64,000 nt of DNA from Mobula hypostoma (Eukaryota): the NCBI RefSeq assembly GCF_963921235.1, contig NC_086097.1:83144001-83208000 (forward strand), written 5' to 3'. Positions 1 through 13,249 of the stretch are shown in pieces. How positions within the stretch are numbered: position 1 is the first letter of the stretch; the number at the start of each line of letters is the position of its first letter. The notes under the pieces were generated by a model. It made no database searches. It was not told the DNA's origin and saw only the letters and a list, made by a program, of their open reading frames with translations. Both the position numbers and the translations under genes were made by a program.

Positions 1-470
1 TACAATTAAGAATGACTGGGAAAAGGAACTTAAGCTTACCTTACCTACTGAGAAATGTCAAAAAAATTTTCAATTGGTTAACTCTTCCTCTATTTGTGCT
101 AAACATGCATTGATACAGTTTAAAGTTGTACACAGGGCTTATATGTCCAAGGATAAACTAGCTCGTTATTACTCTCATATAAACCCTGTATGTGATAGAT
201 GTCATTCTGAGATAGCTTCATTAACTCATATGTTTTAGTCTTGTCCTTTATTGAAGAAATATTGGGACAACGTTTTTGGTATTATTTCCACCTTCTTGAA
301 TATTGATTTACAACCTCATCCTATTACTGCCATTTTTGGTTTACCAATGATAGAAAAACATTATTTGACCTCTTCAGTTTGTCGGATGATTGCTTTTGTT
401 ACTTTAATGGCTAGAAGATCTATATTATTGAATTGGAAAGAGATTAATCCTCCTACTACATTTCATTGGT
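1..470 (+). mobile_element. L1-clade LINE ORF2 C-terminal fragment (cysteine-rich domain), decayed
   Basis: Frame from 14 reads DWEKEL...IQFKVVHRAYMSKDKLARYYSHINPVCDRCHSEIASLTHMF*SCPLLKKYW...ARRSILLNWK. This is the CxxC-x8-H-x4-C knuckle typical of fish L1 ORF2, with an in-frame TAG where a Trp is expected. Confidence 0.85.
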
Positions 471-1053
471 ACGCGAACTGCAGGGGGTTCAGTGAGGGGG
501 GCAGCAGGATCGTGATGTGCCTCATGATGAGCCTCTTGAAACACTTCATGATGATGGATGTGAGTGCGATGGGACAGTAATCGTTGAGGCAGGACACTGA
601 AGACCTCTTTGGCACGGGACGATGGTGGCGGTCTTGATGCACGTAGGAACGACGGCGCTGCTCAGGGAGATGTTGAAGATGTCAGTGAGAGTCTCAGCTA
701 GCTGGTCTGCACATCCTCTAAGCACTCTGCCAGGAATATTGTCTGGTCCAGCAGCCTTCCATGGGTTGACCCTGCACAGGGTTCTCCTCACATCGGCCAC
801 GGTAAGACACAGCACCTGGTCATTTGGAGGAGGGGTGGTCTTCCTCGCCGCCATATCACTTTCCGCCTCAAAACAATCGTAGAAGTTATTCAATGCATCT
901 GGGAGGGAGGCATCACCGGCACAGGCAGGTGGTATTGTCTTGGAATTGGTGATGTCCTGGATGCCCTTCCACATGTGTCGCGTGTCGCCGCTGTCCTGGA
1001 AGTGGCTGTGGATTCGCTGGGCGTGTGCACGCTTTGCCTCTCTGATGGCCCTC
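471..1053 (-). mobile_element. Rex1/Babar-type non-LTR retrotransposon RT fragment
   Basis: ORF 546..1070 contains [44 protein letters not shown] and TATIVP. After a frameshift it continues [18 protein letters not shown]...LNPLQFAY. Confidence 0.88.
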
Positions 1054-1269
1054 TGAGTGAAGTTAAACAATGGAACTTTATAGTTCTCTCCTCCAGACTT
1101 GTCTAGCTATGCTATCAAATTTATTGAAAGGCAAAGACAATAAAAATGCATCGACTTAAATGTAAAAACACCCTGAAATGGCACAAATAAAATTATTTAT
1201 AACAAGCAGAATAATGCCGCCATGGACAAGCAGAATAAAAATAAAATTACTTATAGCAAGCAGAATAAC

Positions 1270-1532
1270 GCCACCATGGACAGTCCCAAGCCTGGCTACG
1301 AAAGGAGGATAGAAAAGGAGGAAAGGAGGAAAGGGGCTAGCAAACCCATCCCGTTAAAAAACCAGTGCTACAGAAACACCAACAGAGACTCTAAATAACT
1401 CATCCCTGGGAGAGGGAGGAAGATGGGCTACACCTGAAGACAACTGAAAGACTGGCCCAGGACAGAGGACTCTGGCGAGCTACTGTTGGCAGCCTATACC
1501 CCAGTAGGGGTGAAGGGGCTTAAGAGAGAAGG
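1270..1532 (+). mobile_element. Short non-autonomous RTE-derived element (5' end joined to 3' end) with 11-bp TSD
   Basis: AGCAGAATAAC flanks it at 1259-1269 and 1533-1543. The 5' part has an RTE-like leader (GGGGCTAGCAAACCCATCCCGTTAAAAA); the 3' part resembles an RTE ORF end (LAQDRGLWRATVGSLYPSRG). Confidence 0.65.
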
Positions 1533-2419
1533 AGCAGAATAACCTTTAAAGTACGCAGCCTAAACATTCATCTGGTAGCAAATCACTGTATAACCACAAT
1601 AAATCACAAGCTTTCAACATGTAAATAATTATAAGACAGTAGATTCGGTTTTCATGTTATTTGATACTCCATGATAGTTGAGTACATTTTCCTTGGAATG
1701 GCTATGGAATTGAAAATAAAAGTAACAAAATATATCTCCGGTGTCAGAGAAGCCTCCTGCTGCTCTGAGACATGGTTAGTGCATAAATATTCTGACGCAG
1801 AAATGTGCACATACACTGCCGTGGAATTTAAATGCACTCCAAATGTACGTAGAAATAAAAAAAATTTGAATGTTGTTTAAATCAAGGTTACCGTTTTTGT
1901 CTAGCTTGTTGCAAAATTACAATTTATATCAGTTTTAGGCAGTCAGCAAATTTATTGAAAATATATTGAGATCTTGAATGGTAAAGGATAATCAACAGAA
2001 TTCTTGAACATGAGTCATGATATCATGTTTTTGTCATTTTATTAACACTGTTTCCTGGAAAAGCCACAACCCTTTCAAAAAACACACAAATAGTAGATAG
2101 GCCCAAAGCATTTAACAAAACATTAAATGTTGACTAGGGGAAAATTAAATATCATTAATTTGTTCTCATTTCTGTAATGGGTAAATGTGATACAAATAAA
2201 CTAACACACTTATTTGTGTAAACTTCTGAATATTAAAATTACCATCTGGATTCCTACATTCCTACATACATATCTACTGAAGGGCAAGTCTTTAGTTGGA
2301 TTGATTTCATGTCCTCCACTTGAGTGAAATTAAACAGAAAAATGTTATATTTTTCTCCTTCCAAATACTTCCAACCATGTTTTGAGATTTATATTGAAAG
2401 ATAAGATATAAAAGCAAGC

Positions 2420-2795
2420 TGCTGCCCCCCCCCCCCAACGCCCTTGTTGTGGCAGGAGTGATACCTGGCTCTCTGTCATTAGTGAGTGGGATGTCAAACT
2501 GTTGGGATGAACAGTGTTTTTTTGATGGGTTTTTTGGGGGCCTTGTTATTGCTTGTATGTCAGGTGGAGGGGAGGCTGATGTTTCCTGCTGCAACCAGTG
2601 GGGGAGAGGGAAGGTTGATGTTTTGATGCTGCTTATGCATGGGAATGGGGAGAGGAGCTTTCTTGTTCTAACGTTTTCTGTCATTCATGGTTTGGGGCTT
2701 TTCTTCTGTTTCATGGATGCCTGTGAAGACTAAGAATTTCAGGCTGTATACTGTGTACATTCTCTGATATAAAATGGAACCAGCGAACCAATGAA
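2420..2795 (+). mobile_element. Non-autonomous retroposon 3' portion with Rex1-like tail
   Basis: Ends in AAGAATTTCAGGCTGTATACTGTGTACATTCTCTGATATAAAATGGAACC, resembling the Rex1 tails at about 9000 and 20260. Confidence 0.45.
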
Positions 2796-5699
2796 AAAAG
2801 TTAATAAGAATGTATCAAGTTCAGGGCCATTTGTGAAAATTCAAAATTATTTAATTAAATGTATTTCTCACATCAACAGAGTAAATAAAATTTTTAGTCA
2901 AAAGACTAGGCTCTATTTCTCTTGTATGTATAAAATTCAAAAGCAGTTAAGCTGAGGTTGCCACCAAGTCAACCAAGCAGGTCTGAAAGAAATGCTAGTG
3001 AAGGTTTAAAGATAAATAAAAGTAGGAAGAGAAAAAAAATTCAGGTTCATATTAATTATCCAGGAATTCAGGATGTACCATCAATAACAATTTATTTTTT
3101 TATAAAGGAAAAAGAGAGGTTTTTTAGCAATAATCTTTTTCTGGCTATCAAGGTATTTGTTTCCTGAATTATCATTGTGCTCTGACGGCTAAACTACATT
3201 TCTTTTGAACCAAACTAAAACTTAACTGTATTGCTTAGAATGTGCTCCAAATAATGACTTGATAAAACTGCTTCCTATAAAATATATTCAGAAAATTAGA
3301 CTGCAAAGACAAATGCTACAGTGTTTCACATTAATAGAATTCAACCCTAAAGAAGTTGTTGCTGTAATATTAACAGTAATGCTGACTTCAAGATTTATGA
3401 ATGATTGATATCTTTCTTGAATCCTTTATGATATACTCATTGCTGTTTTAATCATAAATTCATGTTGCAGGATGTCATCAGCAGTGTTGGGGAAGATGGT
3501 TTTTATATTCAAATGAGAAAGGAGCATATGAATATCTTTCTCTAAACATATGTATAAAATAAAATATTTCAATAAACAAAGACTTCTCCAGTGTTATGTC
3601 AAAAACGTAGAGCAGCCATCTTAGTGTGTTGTTGAATTAAGCTATTATAAAGAGCCATTCGGACAGATGGCCAAAGAGATTTAGGGATTTTTCATTTTCT
3701 GAATGTTTGTTTATGAGTGCATGCATAACAGATTACTGTATAAATTTTACTGAAATGAAACTCAAGAGCAGCCAATTCATTTTAGTCTGTCTTCATCTGG
3801 TCACACCATTGAATAAATTACATTTGCCTATATCTGAACTATGTGTTTTGTTTATTTTTTATTTTGTAAAATATAATACAAACTGCATTTACTAGCCTCA
3901 GAAATATTTTTTATAATTATCTACCATTTACCTGTCCAAGGAAATACTTGTCAGACTAAAAGCCAAAAATAGTTCTGGTTTTGAGAGAAAAAAAATTTGA
4001 AATACATTTGGAGGAAATTACCATTGAATCAACAGTCAAAAGATTAACTTTTAAAATTATAATCAGCATAGTAAATGAAAAAGTACTGATTAAATAGATG
4101 TAGATTTTCAATTTGCCACTCAGCTGCAAAACTGGCATTTAAGATCAGTCAATCAGTATCGAAAGTGTGGTGCTGCTCCCAAAATGTCCTTAAGCAATCC
4201 TTATTGAAGGAGCATTGGATTGAGAACATTAAAGTGATGGATATGCTGAATAATGACGCTACAGATTGTGATGATGTACATTTCTACTGTTTCCAACTGC
4301 ATTTTATGGTGGCCCAGTTTTGAGCTGCCAAGTTTGTTCTGGCCCTGTTTCATTGAGAAAGGAAAAGGTGATCTCATTACTATGGCTTCAACAGTAACAG
4401 CAGAGGTGGGGAAAACCTCTGTTGCAGAAGTTAACAGAGTAGAAATAAACAGAATAGCCATTTTTTTAAAAAATCTGAAAATGATGGAATTGAAATTAAA
4501 CAGACTGTACAACCAAACAACCTTGAGCCTTTCTACTCAACTGAATCTGATGGAACCCAATATTTGGGTTTGGATCAGGTCAGGTCATGCAATGGTAATA
4601 CTTTATTTAGGCCATATTGATTTGCTTCGTCCCAGAAGAAGGCAATGGGAAACGACATCTGTAGAAAAATTTTCCAAGAACTATCATGTTCACGTTATAT
4701 GACACAGCACATAATGTTGATGATGATTTGCTTAGTATTACCTCATGTGCTCACTGTTCATGATCAATATTTGACATTTCATTTTAAAGGAATTCATTAA
4801 TTGGTTTGAAATTGTCATATTTACAACAACGATCCAGTTGAATATGGAAATAATCATGACTACTCAGTCTCAGATTTGGCTTATATCTGCAGGATCAGGT
4901 TGGGTTTGAATTTTATATGCAAGCAGGCCTTTCAGCCTCATGCTGATGTTCACGCTTGAAATTGTGGAAAATTAGCTCTACAGTAAATGAAACAGAACCA
5001 AATTATACTTCTTAAGTTTTTTAAAATTGGTTTTAAAACTATCAGCAATAATTTCTAATAATTAGAACAAACCTGTGTTCCGCTTTAGATGTGTTCCATT
5101 TCCGTTATTTAACAAATGCTTTTAAAGAGGGATGCAGCTTTTCAAGATATTTCTCCACATGAGGAATCGACTTTGGCACTGATTAATTCCTGACATGCTG
5201 ATAGGATTTACTGTATGGGGATTATTTGATGATTAACAGAATAGTCTAATCGCCTTTGGAATGTCCCATTAAATAAGGTTTAACACAACTTGAATTTTGT
5301 TTTCTATTTACTAGAAGTTCTACTTTTTTATAATTATTCTTCTGCTAGCGTCTGCTATTCTACTTCCCTATATATGGTACATGGTTAACTTGTCAGCTGG
5401 GCTATAATTATGCATATCAACAGCATCTTGCAAATCTGCAAATTTTAACATTCTATTCGAAAGAGTCTCACCTATTTTCTTCACCAGATGTTGCCTGCAT
5501 AGTTGCCTGAAACTAAGATGCTGTGTTAAGGAGAATGATCATGGCTTGTGGGAGGTAGGAAAACAAATTGGAGATGGATCATAGCCTTTAAAAATATTTA
5601 AACTGCTGCTTTCCTGCTTAAGTCACTGTATTGTTTAAAAAGTCTTTATATGTATTATCACGTCATCCATAATTACGACTACTTCATTGAAGATGTAGC

Positions 5700-6650
5700 A
5701 GCGGATGATTTTAATGTCCCAGATATTGAACAAAATATCTCACTGTAAGGGGGCTTGTTGAGATAAATTTATTAAATGCACCAAGATGGGTTTTTAAAGC
5801 CTCATGTAGAGAACTGCTCTGGGGAGAGGGGGATGGGGATTGGAGTGCAGCTGAGTGGGAGGCATTGAAGAGCAAAATACCTGGAGCTCAGAATCAGCAT
5901 GTCCCTGTAAGGGTAAGAAGCAAAGGTGGTAAAAGTAGGGAACCATGGTTAACCAAGGAAAGTGAGGATTTGATCAGGAATAAGAAGAAAGTGTATGTCA
6001 GGTACAGAAAATTGTTGTCAAGCAAGTCCTGTAAAGAGGCTGAAGGAGTGATCTTAATACAGTTAGGAGGGCAAAAAGGAACATAAAATGGCCCTTTCCA
6101 ACAGAATCAAAAAGAATTCCAAGATCTTTTATAAATGTAATAGAAGCAAGGTGATAGGGAAAGAGTAGGCCCCTCATGGACCAATAGGGAAGTACTAGTG
6201 TGAAGCCAGGGAATATGTGTAATGTCCTGATGAATTAATGGAAGTGTACACTGAGAGTTTGAAACATTGATGTTCTCTAAGGTGAACAAATCATAAGGGG
6301 CTGATGAAATATATCTCAGGGTATTATGGGACACAGAGGAGGAAATTGCTGGGCCTTTAATGGAGGATTGTGTATTATCTTTAGCCAGGGTGAGGTCATG
6401 GGAGACTAGATGCTCCTGAAAATGGTGAGATAGCTGAACAAGTTAGTGAAGAAGATATTTAGCTTGCTTGCTTTCACAGGCAGCAGTACTGAGTGTAAGT
6501 GTTGAACATCTTGGTGCAGCGTAAAAAGCACCGGTTGGCCAGAACTATTGGCACTTCTGTTCACCCCAGTAGAGAAAGGATATGGTAATGCTGGAAAAAG
6601 CATACAGAGAGATTCACCAGGATATTGACACAACCACTGACACTGCTGCG
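5700..6650 (+). mobile_element. Highly degenerate CR1 ORF2 fragments
   Basis: SREPWLTKE, LKVNKS*GADEIYLRVL and RFTRI remnants are collinear with the CR1 ORF2 at 40541-43140. Confidence 0.7.
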
Positions 6651-7089
6651 GAGTCTGGGTGCTCTCACAGGCAGACGGCAGAAAGAAGATGCCAATCAGA
6701 CACATGAGAATGCCCACATTCCAGCCTATTAGGGTTTCTTTGTGATTATATTTAACTCCCTTCCTTTTGTTCCAGTTTTTTCAAGTCTTGATTGAAGCAC
6801 AGCAATGGCAACACTCCCAACTTACCTTAGTCCACATTCCGAGATAGAAGATCAGTGATTTCAATAGACACTGTTAATGAAGCAATATTAATTTTGTTCT
6901 AGGTTATTGCTTTTGAGCTGCAGTGATGGTGTTAGTTTTTAGTTAGTTGGAGAGTTCTTAGTTAGAAGCCCTGGTGGCCTAATGTTTATTATTTTCCTTT
7001 TTTCTGTACAGTTCTTATTAAAACGCAGTGAACTGTTCAGTCTGTGTCTGTGTCTCTCCCTCTGCACGTGGACCATCACTGAACTCCTG

Positions 7090-7445
7090 TCAGATGTTGC
7101 CTGAAATGAAGGGCTTCAATTACGAGGACAGACTGGATAGGCTGCAATTGTAAGAGGTTGAGGAGTGACCTAATTGAGTTTAGTAAAATTATGAAGGTCA
7201 TAGATAGAGTAAATAGTCATAGTCTTTTCCCAAAAGTTGGGGAATCTAAAACTAGAAGATTTAAGGTAGCAGAAATGGGGTTTAAAGGAGATCTGATGGA
7301 CATGTTTTTCACACTGGATGGGTGGGGGTGATGTACTGTATGTGGAATGAGCTGACAGAGGAGATTGTTGTTCACAACATTTAACAAGAAATTTGAAAGA
7401 TACATGGAAAGGAAAATTGAGTGATATGGGCTAATTCACAGACCC
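7090..7445 (+). mobile_element. CR1 3' fragment
   Basis: Contains the LFPKVGESKTR and FTTFNKKFERYM CR1 C-terminal motifs. Confidence 0.7.
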
Positions 7446-8379
7446 TAATGTTAAAATAGTTACAGAAAATTGTTTCAATAAATAGCTGTTATTTATAGTG
7501 TGCATTGTTTAGTAATTTCCAGTGGTGTGCAAAATGGCAATGTATATTAAAGTACAGTCCAGAATCTTCACCCTTTTGCCACTGCTACAAGCCCAAACTT
7601 GTTTTCTGTTGAGACGATACAGTCTGTCACATCCCATCTCACTACACCATCTGTTCAAGGTCCAAGCATTTAGATATAATGTTCAGGTAGATGATAAATA
7701 TCCCATGGAACAATCTAATTCAAGGTCTTGTGCTCTGGTCATCAGTTTGCTCAGTGTGGCTTCCATGCTGCCCACGAGAAAAAGAGACTGGAATTGAGGA
7801 TGGATGGAGAGGCAATATTCTTTGGATTGTCTGATGCTAAGTTACTGAAAGAAAGATGTTTCTTTTCATTCTTTAAAAGTTGGTTATTCAGGACTAGTAC
7901 CACCCTCTGAATTGGGATCAGACTTGAAATTCTGGATGTGCTGGATTTTCAATAGGCCTGGTGGAAATTTATCCTTGTTTATTTGCACAAGTGAGAATCA
8001 TTGTAAACGTCAATTAACCATCCTAATTGTCTTTGAGAAACCAATGGTGAACAACCTTCTTTAAAATCACAAACCACAAACCAAGTAATAAATAATAGAA
8101 ATAGATTATGTTTAACCTTTACGTTATAACTTAGGTACACAAGATGTATGACTCACTTTTTATGAATGTAATGGATAAAGTCATGTCAAGGAGAAGCATT
8201 GTTTGAATGCCAGTCTGCAGGGGGTGGTTATGGCTGAGCTGTGATGTTAGTAATAAATGACTTGTTGAGTTGTCAGCTTATTTTATATTCCTCAGTGTTA
8301 TCACTACAGAGGTTCTGTCCTGGGCCAAGCACTTAAGTGCCATTGTGAAGTAAATGTGACAGTGCCTCTGTTTCCTTAG

Positions 8380-9060
8380 AAGTCTGCAAAGATTTCGGCA
8401 TGACATCTACAACTTTTGATAAACTTCTGTAGATGTGTCGTGGAGAATACATTGACTAGTCGCATCATGGTCTGGTATGGAAACCCAATGAGCTTGGATG
8501 GAAAATACTAAAAAAAGTAACGGAAGTGGCCCAATTCATCACAACTAAAGGCCTCCCCACCATTGAGCTCACCTACATGGAAGCTGTCATGGGAAAGCAG
8601 CATCCATCATCAAGGGTCCTCACCATCCAGGCCATGCTCTCTACTCACTGCTGCCATCAGGAAGAAGGTACAGGAGACTCAGGACTCACAGCACCAGGTT
8701 CAGGAACAGTTATTAACCCCTCAACTATCAAGCTCTTAAACCAGGGAGGATAACTTCATTCAACTTCACTTGCCTATCACCAAAATATTCTAACAACCTA
8801 AGAACTTACTTTCAAGAACTGTTCCTCTCATATTCTCCATATTTATTGTTTATTTATTTATTATTATTATTTCCTTTTACCTTCTTTTGTATTTCACAGT
8901 ATGTTGTCTTTTACACGCTGGTTGTTCACCCTGTTGGGTTCAGTCTTTCACTGATTCTATTAGGGTTATTGGATTTATTGAATATGCCCAGAAGAAAACA
9001 AATCTCAGGGTTGTATATGGTGACATATATGTACTTTGATAATAAATTTACTTTGAACGA
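8380..9060 (+). mobile_element. Rex1/Babar 3' end with 3' UTR
   Basis: NFCRCVVENTLTSRIMVWYG remnant, and the tail AATCTCAGGGTTGTATATGGTGACATATATGTACTTTGATAATAAATTTACTTTGAAC shared with 20260-20318. Confidence 0.75.
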
Positions 9061-10188
9061 TAACTTAGGTACAGTCTGGAATATAGAAGATTCTATATAG
9101 AATATAGAAGATCCTTAAAGCATACATCTTAAGGGACTTAAGATGTACCTGTGGGGTATACAATGTCCTCAGGAAATGGGTTTCAGCTTATATGGCTGAT
9201 TTCAGGCCAAAAACTGTAATTCTTCTTTATCTTAAAATATTATTTGCACAATAGAAAACTTGCAAGAAAGTGCAGAAAATATCAGAGCCTCAGAGGTATT
9301 TATTTAAGAAAAAATATCCCTAGAACACTGCATGTCAGTTGATAACAATCTTGCCTCTCAATTGGAGGTTTATGGGTTCAATAATGACCCCAGAAACTTT
9401 GGCACAAATTTTTAAGTTGACATTCCAGTGAGTGAGTGCAACACTGCCAACTGTACCATCTCTCAGCTGAGACTTTGAATTGATCGGATGAATATGGAGA
9501 TACGTGATTCTATTTTGAAGATCAGAGTCAAAAATAATGTAATAAATTAATTAAGAAATAAAATAAATTACTTTTCCTAAGTAGCATAAATGGAAGAAAA
9601 TAATTGGTTGTTATCTTATTGTTGTTTGTGGAAGCTAGTTTTGCACCAATTATGTACTGTCATCCTGGCATGTCAATAACACCTGCACCTCAAAATGCAT
9701 TTCATTGACTGTAGAGCACTGAAATGCTGTGAAATATACTTTAGAAATGCAAACCATTCATTTTGTTTTCTTTTTCTGAGTAAAATTAATCATGATCAAA
9801 TGCCAATACATTGCCTGCACATTATCTGACAGGTCAAGTACACATATTACAGTCATAATAGTACCTACAATATCCAAGAAAGGTAAATTGTTTTTCTTTT
9901 TGTTTACCAGTTTTGAAGTGTTATATGTAAATATGGAAGATTTTTAGTTTATTTGCATATTTACTGATAGATTACTTTTAGTTCTCGTCCTTTAAACAAA
10001 AGGAAAAACCTAAAGATTTGCAAGCAATTAATTGCACAGACGTTAAAACATTATAATTAGTGGGATTGAGAGTGAAACAAAATGAAAAGAAAATGAGAAA
10101 AAGTCTCTTTTTTCTCTGTCGGAGAACAATTATATGGAAGCTTGAGCCAACATGAATGTCCAGGAAAGCTGGAGGTGGAGATGGAGCT

Positions 10189-10555
10189 GGCATGGTAGTG
10201 CAGTTAGCAGAGCTCAGTCTGTAGCTCTACCAGTCCAAGTTTAATCCTGATCGCCAGTGCTCTCTGCTTGGAGTTCACATATTCTCCCTGTGAGCACATG
10301 GGTTCCCCCTGATACTCTCCCATATCCTAAAGACTTGCAAATTGGGAGATTAATTGTAGATGTTCCCCACAACTCTTCCCCATATTCTAAGGACTTGGCA
10401 CATCGGTAGGTTAACTGTAATTGCCCTGAATCTGCAGGTGGGTATTAGAGAATGGGAATATATTGATAATATTTTGTAAAGCAAAAGCTGGGGAATGTGA
10501 TTACTTGGTCAGCTGACAATTACTCAATGGGCCTAGTAGCCTCCTTCTATCCCAT
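10189..10555 (+). mobile_element. tRNA-derived SINE (HE1/V-SINE-like), degenerate
   Basis: tRNA-like head, then GGAGTTCACATATTCTCCCTGTG..ATGGGTTCCCC..CCCATATCCTAAAGAC, resembling the V-domain body. Confidence 0.7.
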
Positions 10556-11149
10556 ATGGGAATTCTTCTTAGAATGCATTGACTAATATGGAATGAGGTT
10601 TTGCTAATAAATGTCTTATGAAAGAGATTGAGTCCAAGTCTAGGTAGTCTCAATCTGAAAAGTAGAGCTATTCATTCAAACCCACAATCCATAACTAAAA
10701 TTGAGGAGTATGTATCCTAGGTGTTCATGTTTGATCATCACAAATATGCTGTATTAGTGTAATGATTCAGTAATATGCTGTAATACCCATCAAGTTGTCT
10801 GGGAATTTCCTTACCTAACTGAGTTGTTGGGTTGGTCGTGCACTATGTCATTCTATATTGCCTCGCAGTAGAAGTTTAATTTCACCAGTTCTGGACACAA
10901 AAGATTGCTGAACAAAGTTAAAATACATGAGATTGTGGGGGACACACAGTATGATTAGCAAAGAGAAAACAAGGAGTGGAAATAAACAGGGTTTTGCCAA
11001 GCCTAGGGGCTGCAATGAGTGGGCACCACGGAGATCAGATGCATAGGCCCAGGTTTCACAATCTATATCAAGAATTGGTGAGGGAACTAAACACTGTACT
11101 TCCAAGTTTATTAATGGCTCAAAACCAGCTTGGATTAAAAGAAACTACG

Positions 11150-11680
11150 TGAGTGAGCAAGAAGCTGGTAGATAGAATATAATGCATAAAATTGTAAGAG
11201 CATTCATTTCCGTGCAAGAAAAAGACAGAGGGGCAGCATATTTTTAACTGCTCAAAGATTAGGAAATGTTGATGTTCAAAGGGACCTCGTGCTGAAAGTT
11301 AAATACCTGATCAGCAAGCAGTTAAGAATGCAGTTGGCATGTTGGTCATTATTATGTGAGGAGTCTAGGATTATAGATGACTTACTCCAATTATATAGGG
11401 CCTTGGTGGAGCTGCATATCGAGTATTGTGAGTAGTTTTGTTCCCCTTGCTTAAAACAGGTTAAAGCTTGCCACAGAAGGAGAGGAGAGAAAATTCACTG
11501 AACTAGTTTCCTGGGATGCCAAGTATGCCAGATGAGGAAGGACTGCATTGACTCCTCTGGAGTTTAGAAAGATAAATGATGGTCTTATTAAATTCTGGCA
11601 GGATTGAATGGTAGAATAGGTTTAAAGGGCCAGATGGCCGAATACTGTTCTAATTTTTACACTCGTATGATCTTATCTAC
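11150..11680 (+). mobile_element. Degenerate CR1 RT C-terminal fragment
   Basis: LYRALVELHIEYCE remnant and a CR1-type 3' end. Confidence 0.65.
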
Positions 11681-11751
11681 CCACAATTAGCACAATTAAC
11701 ATCCTGCTGAAAAAGACCGAAAAATAACAATATGAACATCAAGAGCAATTA

Positions 11752-12046
11752 ATGGCTGCCATGAGAGGGCACAGGTTTAAGGTGCTTGGGAGTAAGTACA
11801 GAGGAGGTGTCAGGGGTAAGTTTTTTATGCAGAGAGTGGTGAGTGCATGGAATGGGCTGCCGGCAACAGTGGTGGAAGCCGATACGATAGGGTCTTTTAG
11901 GAGACTTCTGGACAGATATATGGAGCTTAGAAAAATAGAGGGCTATGGGTAACCCTAGTAATTTCTAAAGTAGGGACACGTTCAGCACAACTTTGTGGGC
12001 CGAAGGGCCTGTATTGTGCTGTAGGTTTTTTATGTTCTATGTTCTA
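11752..12046 (+). mobile_element. CR1 3' end with (TTCTATG)n-type tail
   Basis: MRGHRFKVLGSKYRGGVRGKFFMQRVVSAWNGLP, followed by GGGCCGAAGGGCCTGTATTGTGCTGTAGG and TATGTTCTATGTTCTA. Confidence 0.88.
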
Positions 12047-12484
12047 ATTCTTTCCTACCTATTCATTTGAAATAATTACATGGAGTTACCAAAGAACTGG
12101 GTGGACGGTCATCAGCTTGGAACATCAGAGCCATCAAAAATCAGCATTTATTTGAAGCTGGGGCATGCCAATGTTACAAACATTGCTTACAAACAGATCT
12201 CAGCTCTGGCTTTTTCTTCCTGCATGAAGAAACTTGTGAAGTAATCCAAGGCAAAATGCTAAGACTGCTGTGATGACTACATGTAAACTATCCAAGAAAG
12301 AATACTGGAAAATCTGTCTTGTAAAACTCCTCCTTTACACGTGGCAGGTTGTCTCAGACCTTGAGGTGAGACTCAACTGAGAAAATTCACCGCCTCTTCA
12401 TGATAGCAGACAGAGAATAAGTAATCCTTAGAACAACTAAGCTGATGGAGGAACTTGGAGGGTCAAGCAGCATTTGTGAGGGCA

Positions 12485-13098
12485 AACACGAGAAAATCTG
12501 TGGATGCTGGAAATCCAAAGCAACACACACAAGATGCTGGAGGAACACAGCAGGCGAGGGAGCATCTACAGAAAAGAGTAAACAGTTGATGTTTTGGGCT
12601 GTGACCCTTCATCCAGACTGGAAATGAAGGGGAGAAGTCAGAGTACAAAGTTAGGGGAGGGCAGGGAGAAGTACAAGGTGGGAGGTGATAGGTGAAACCG
12701 GGAGAGGAGGAGGGGGTGAAGTAAGGAGCTGGGAAGTTGATTGATAAAAAGGGCAATCTAATAGGAGGAGAGGAGGAGGATCTGGTGCTCCGCCCCTTTC
12801 CTTTCTTCTATGATCTTCTGTCCTCTCTTATCAGATTTCCCCTCTCCACCCCTTTATCTGTCTCACTAATTGACTTCCCCGCTCTTTACTTCAGCTCCTC
12901 CCCCTCTCCCGGTTTCACCTGTCATCTACCACGTTCCCCTTCTTCCTCCCCTTCCCCTGCCCCACCTTCTTACTCTGACTTCTCCTCTTCTCTTCCTTTC
13001 CAGTCCTGATGAAGGGTCTCGGCCTGAAACATTGACTGTTCACTCATTTCCATAGATGCTGCCTGGCCTGCTGAGTTCCTCCTGCATTTCGTGTGAGT
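12485..13098. mobile_element. Penelope-like terminal repeats as an inverted pair, each with a hammerhead motif
   Basis: 12485-12780 (-) and about 12790-13098 (+) are imperfect reverse complements and are related to the terminal region of the GIY-YIG element at 26422-27027. Confidence 0.75.
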
Positions 13099-13249
13099 TA
13101 GTTACAGAGCATGTTACAGATAAATTTACCTTTAACTCTCGTCCTGGATCAGGCATTACCTGAATTAAATTATTCACATTCAAGAGCTGGTGGCATGCAA
13201 ATCGTTAGTGTTATTTCCAGTTTCTAATATTTATAAAAAACTATGTGGG

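Noticed and set aside
4201..4702. 149-aa and 103-aa overlapping ORFs
   Set aside because: AT-rich, without domain signatures or coding-like composition.
8126..9073. 14-bp direct repeat ATAACTTAGGTACA as TSD of the Rex1 fragment
   Set aside because: The right copy abuts the tail, but about 240 bp after the left copy does not look like Rex1, so the boundary cannot be supported.
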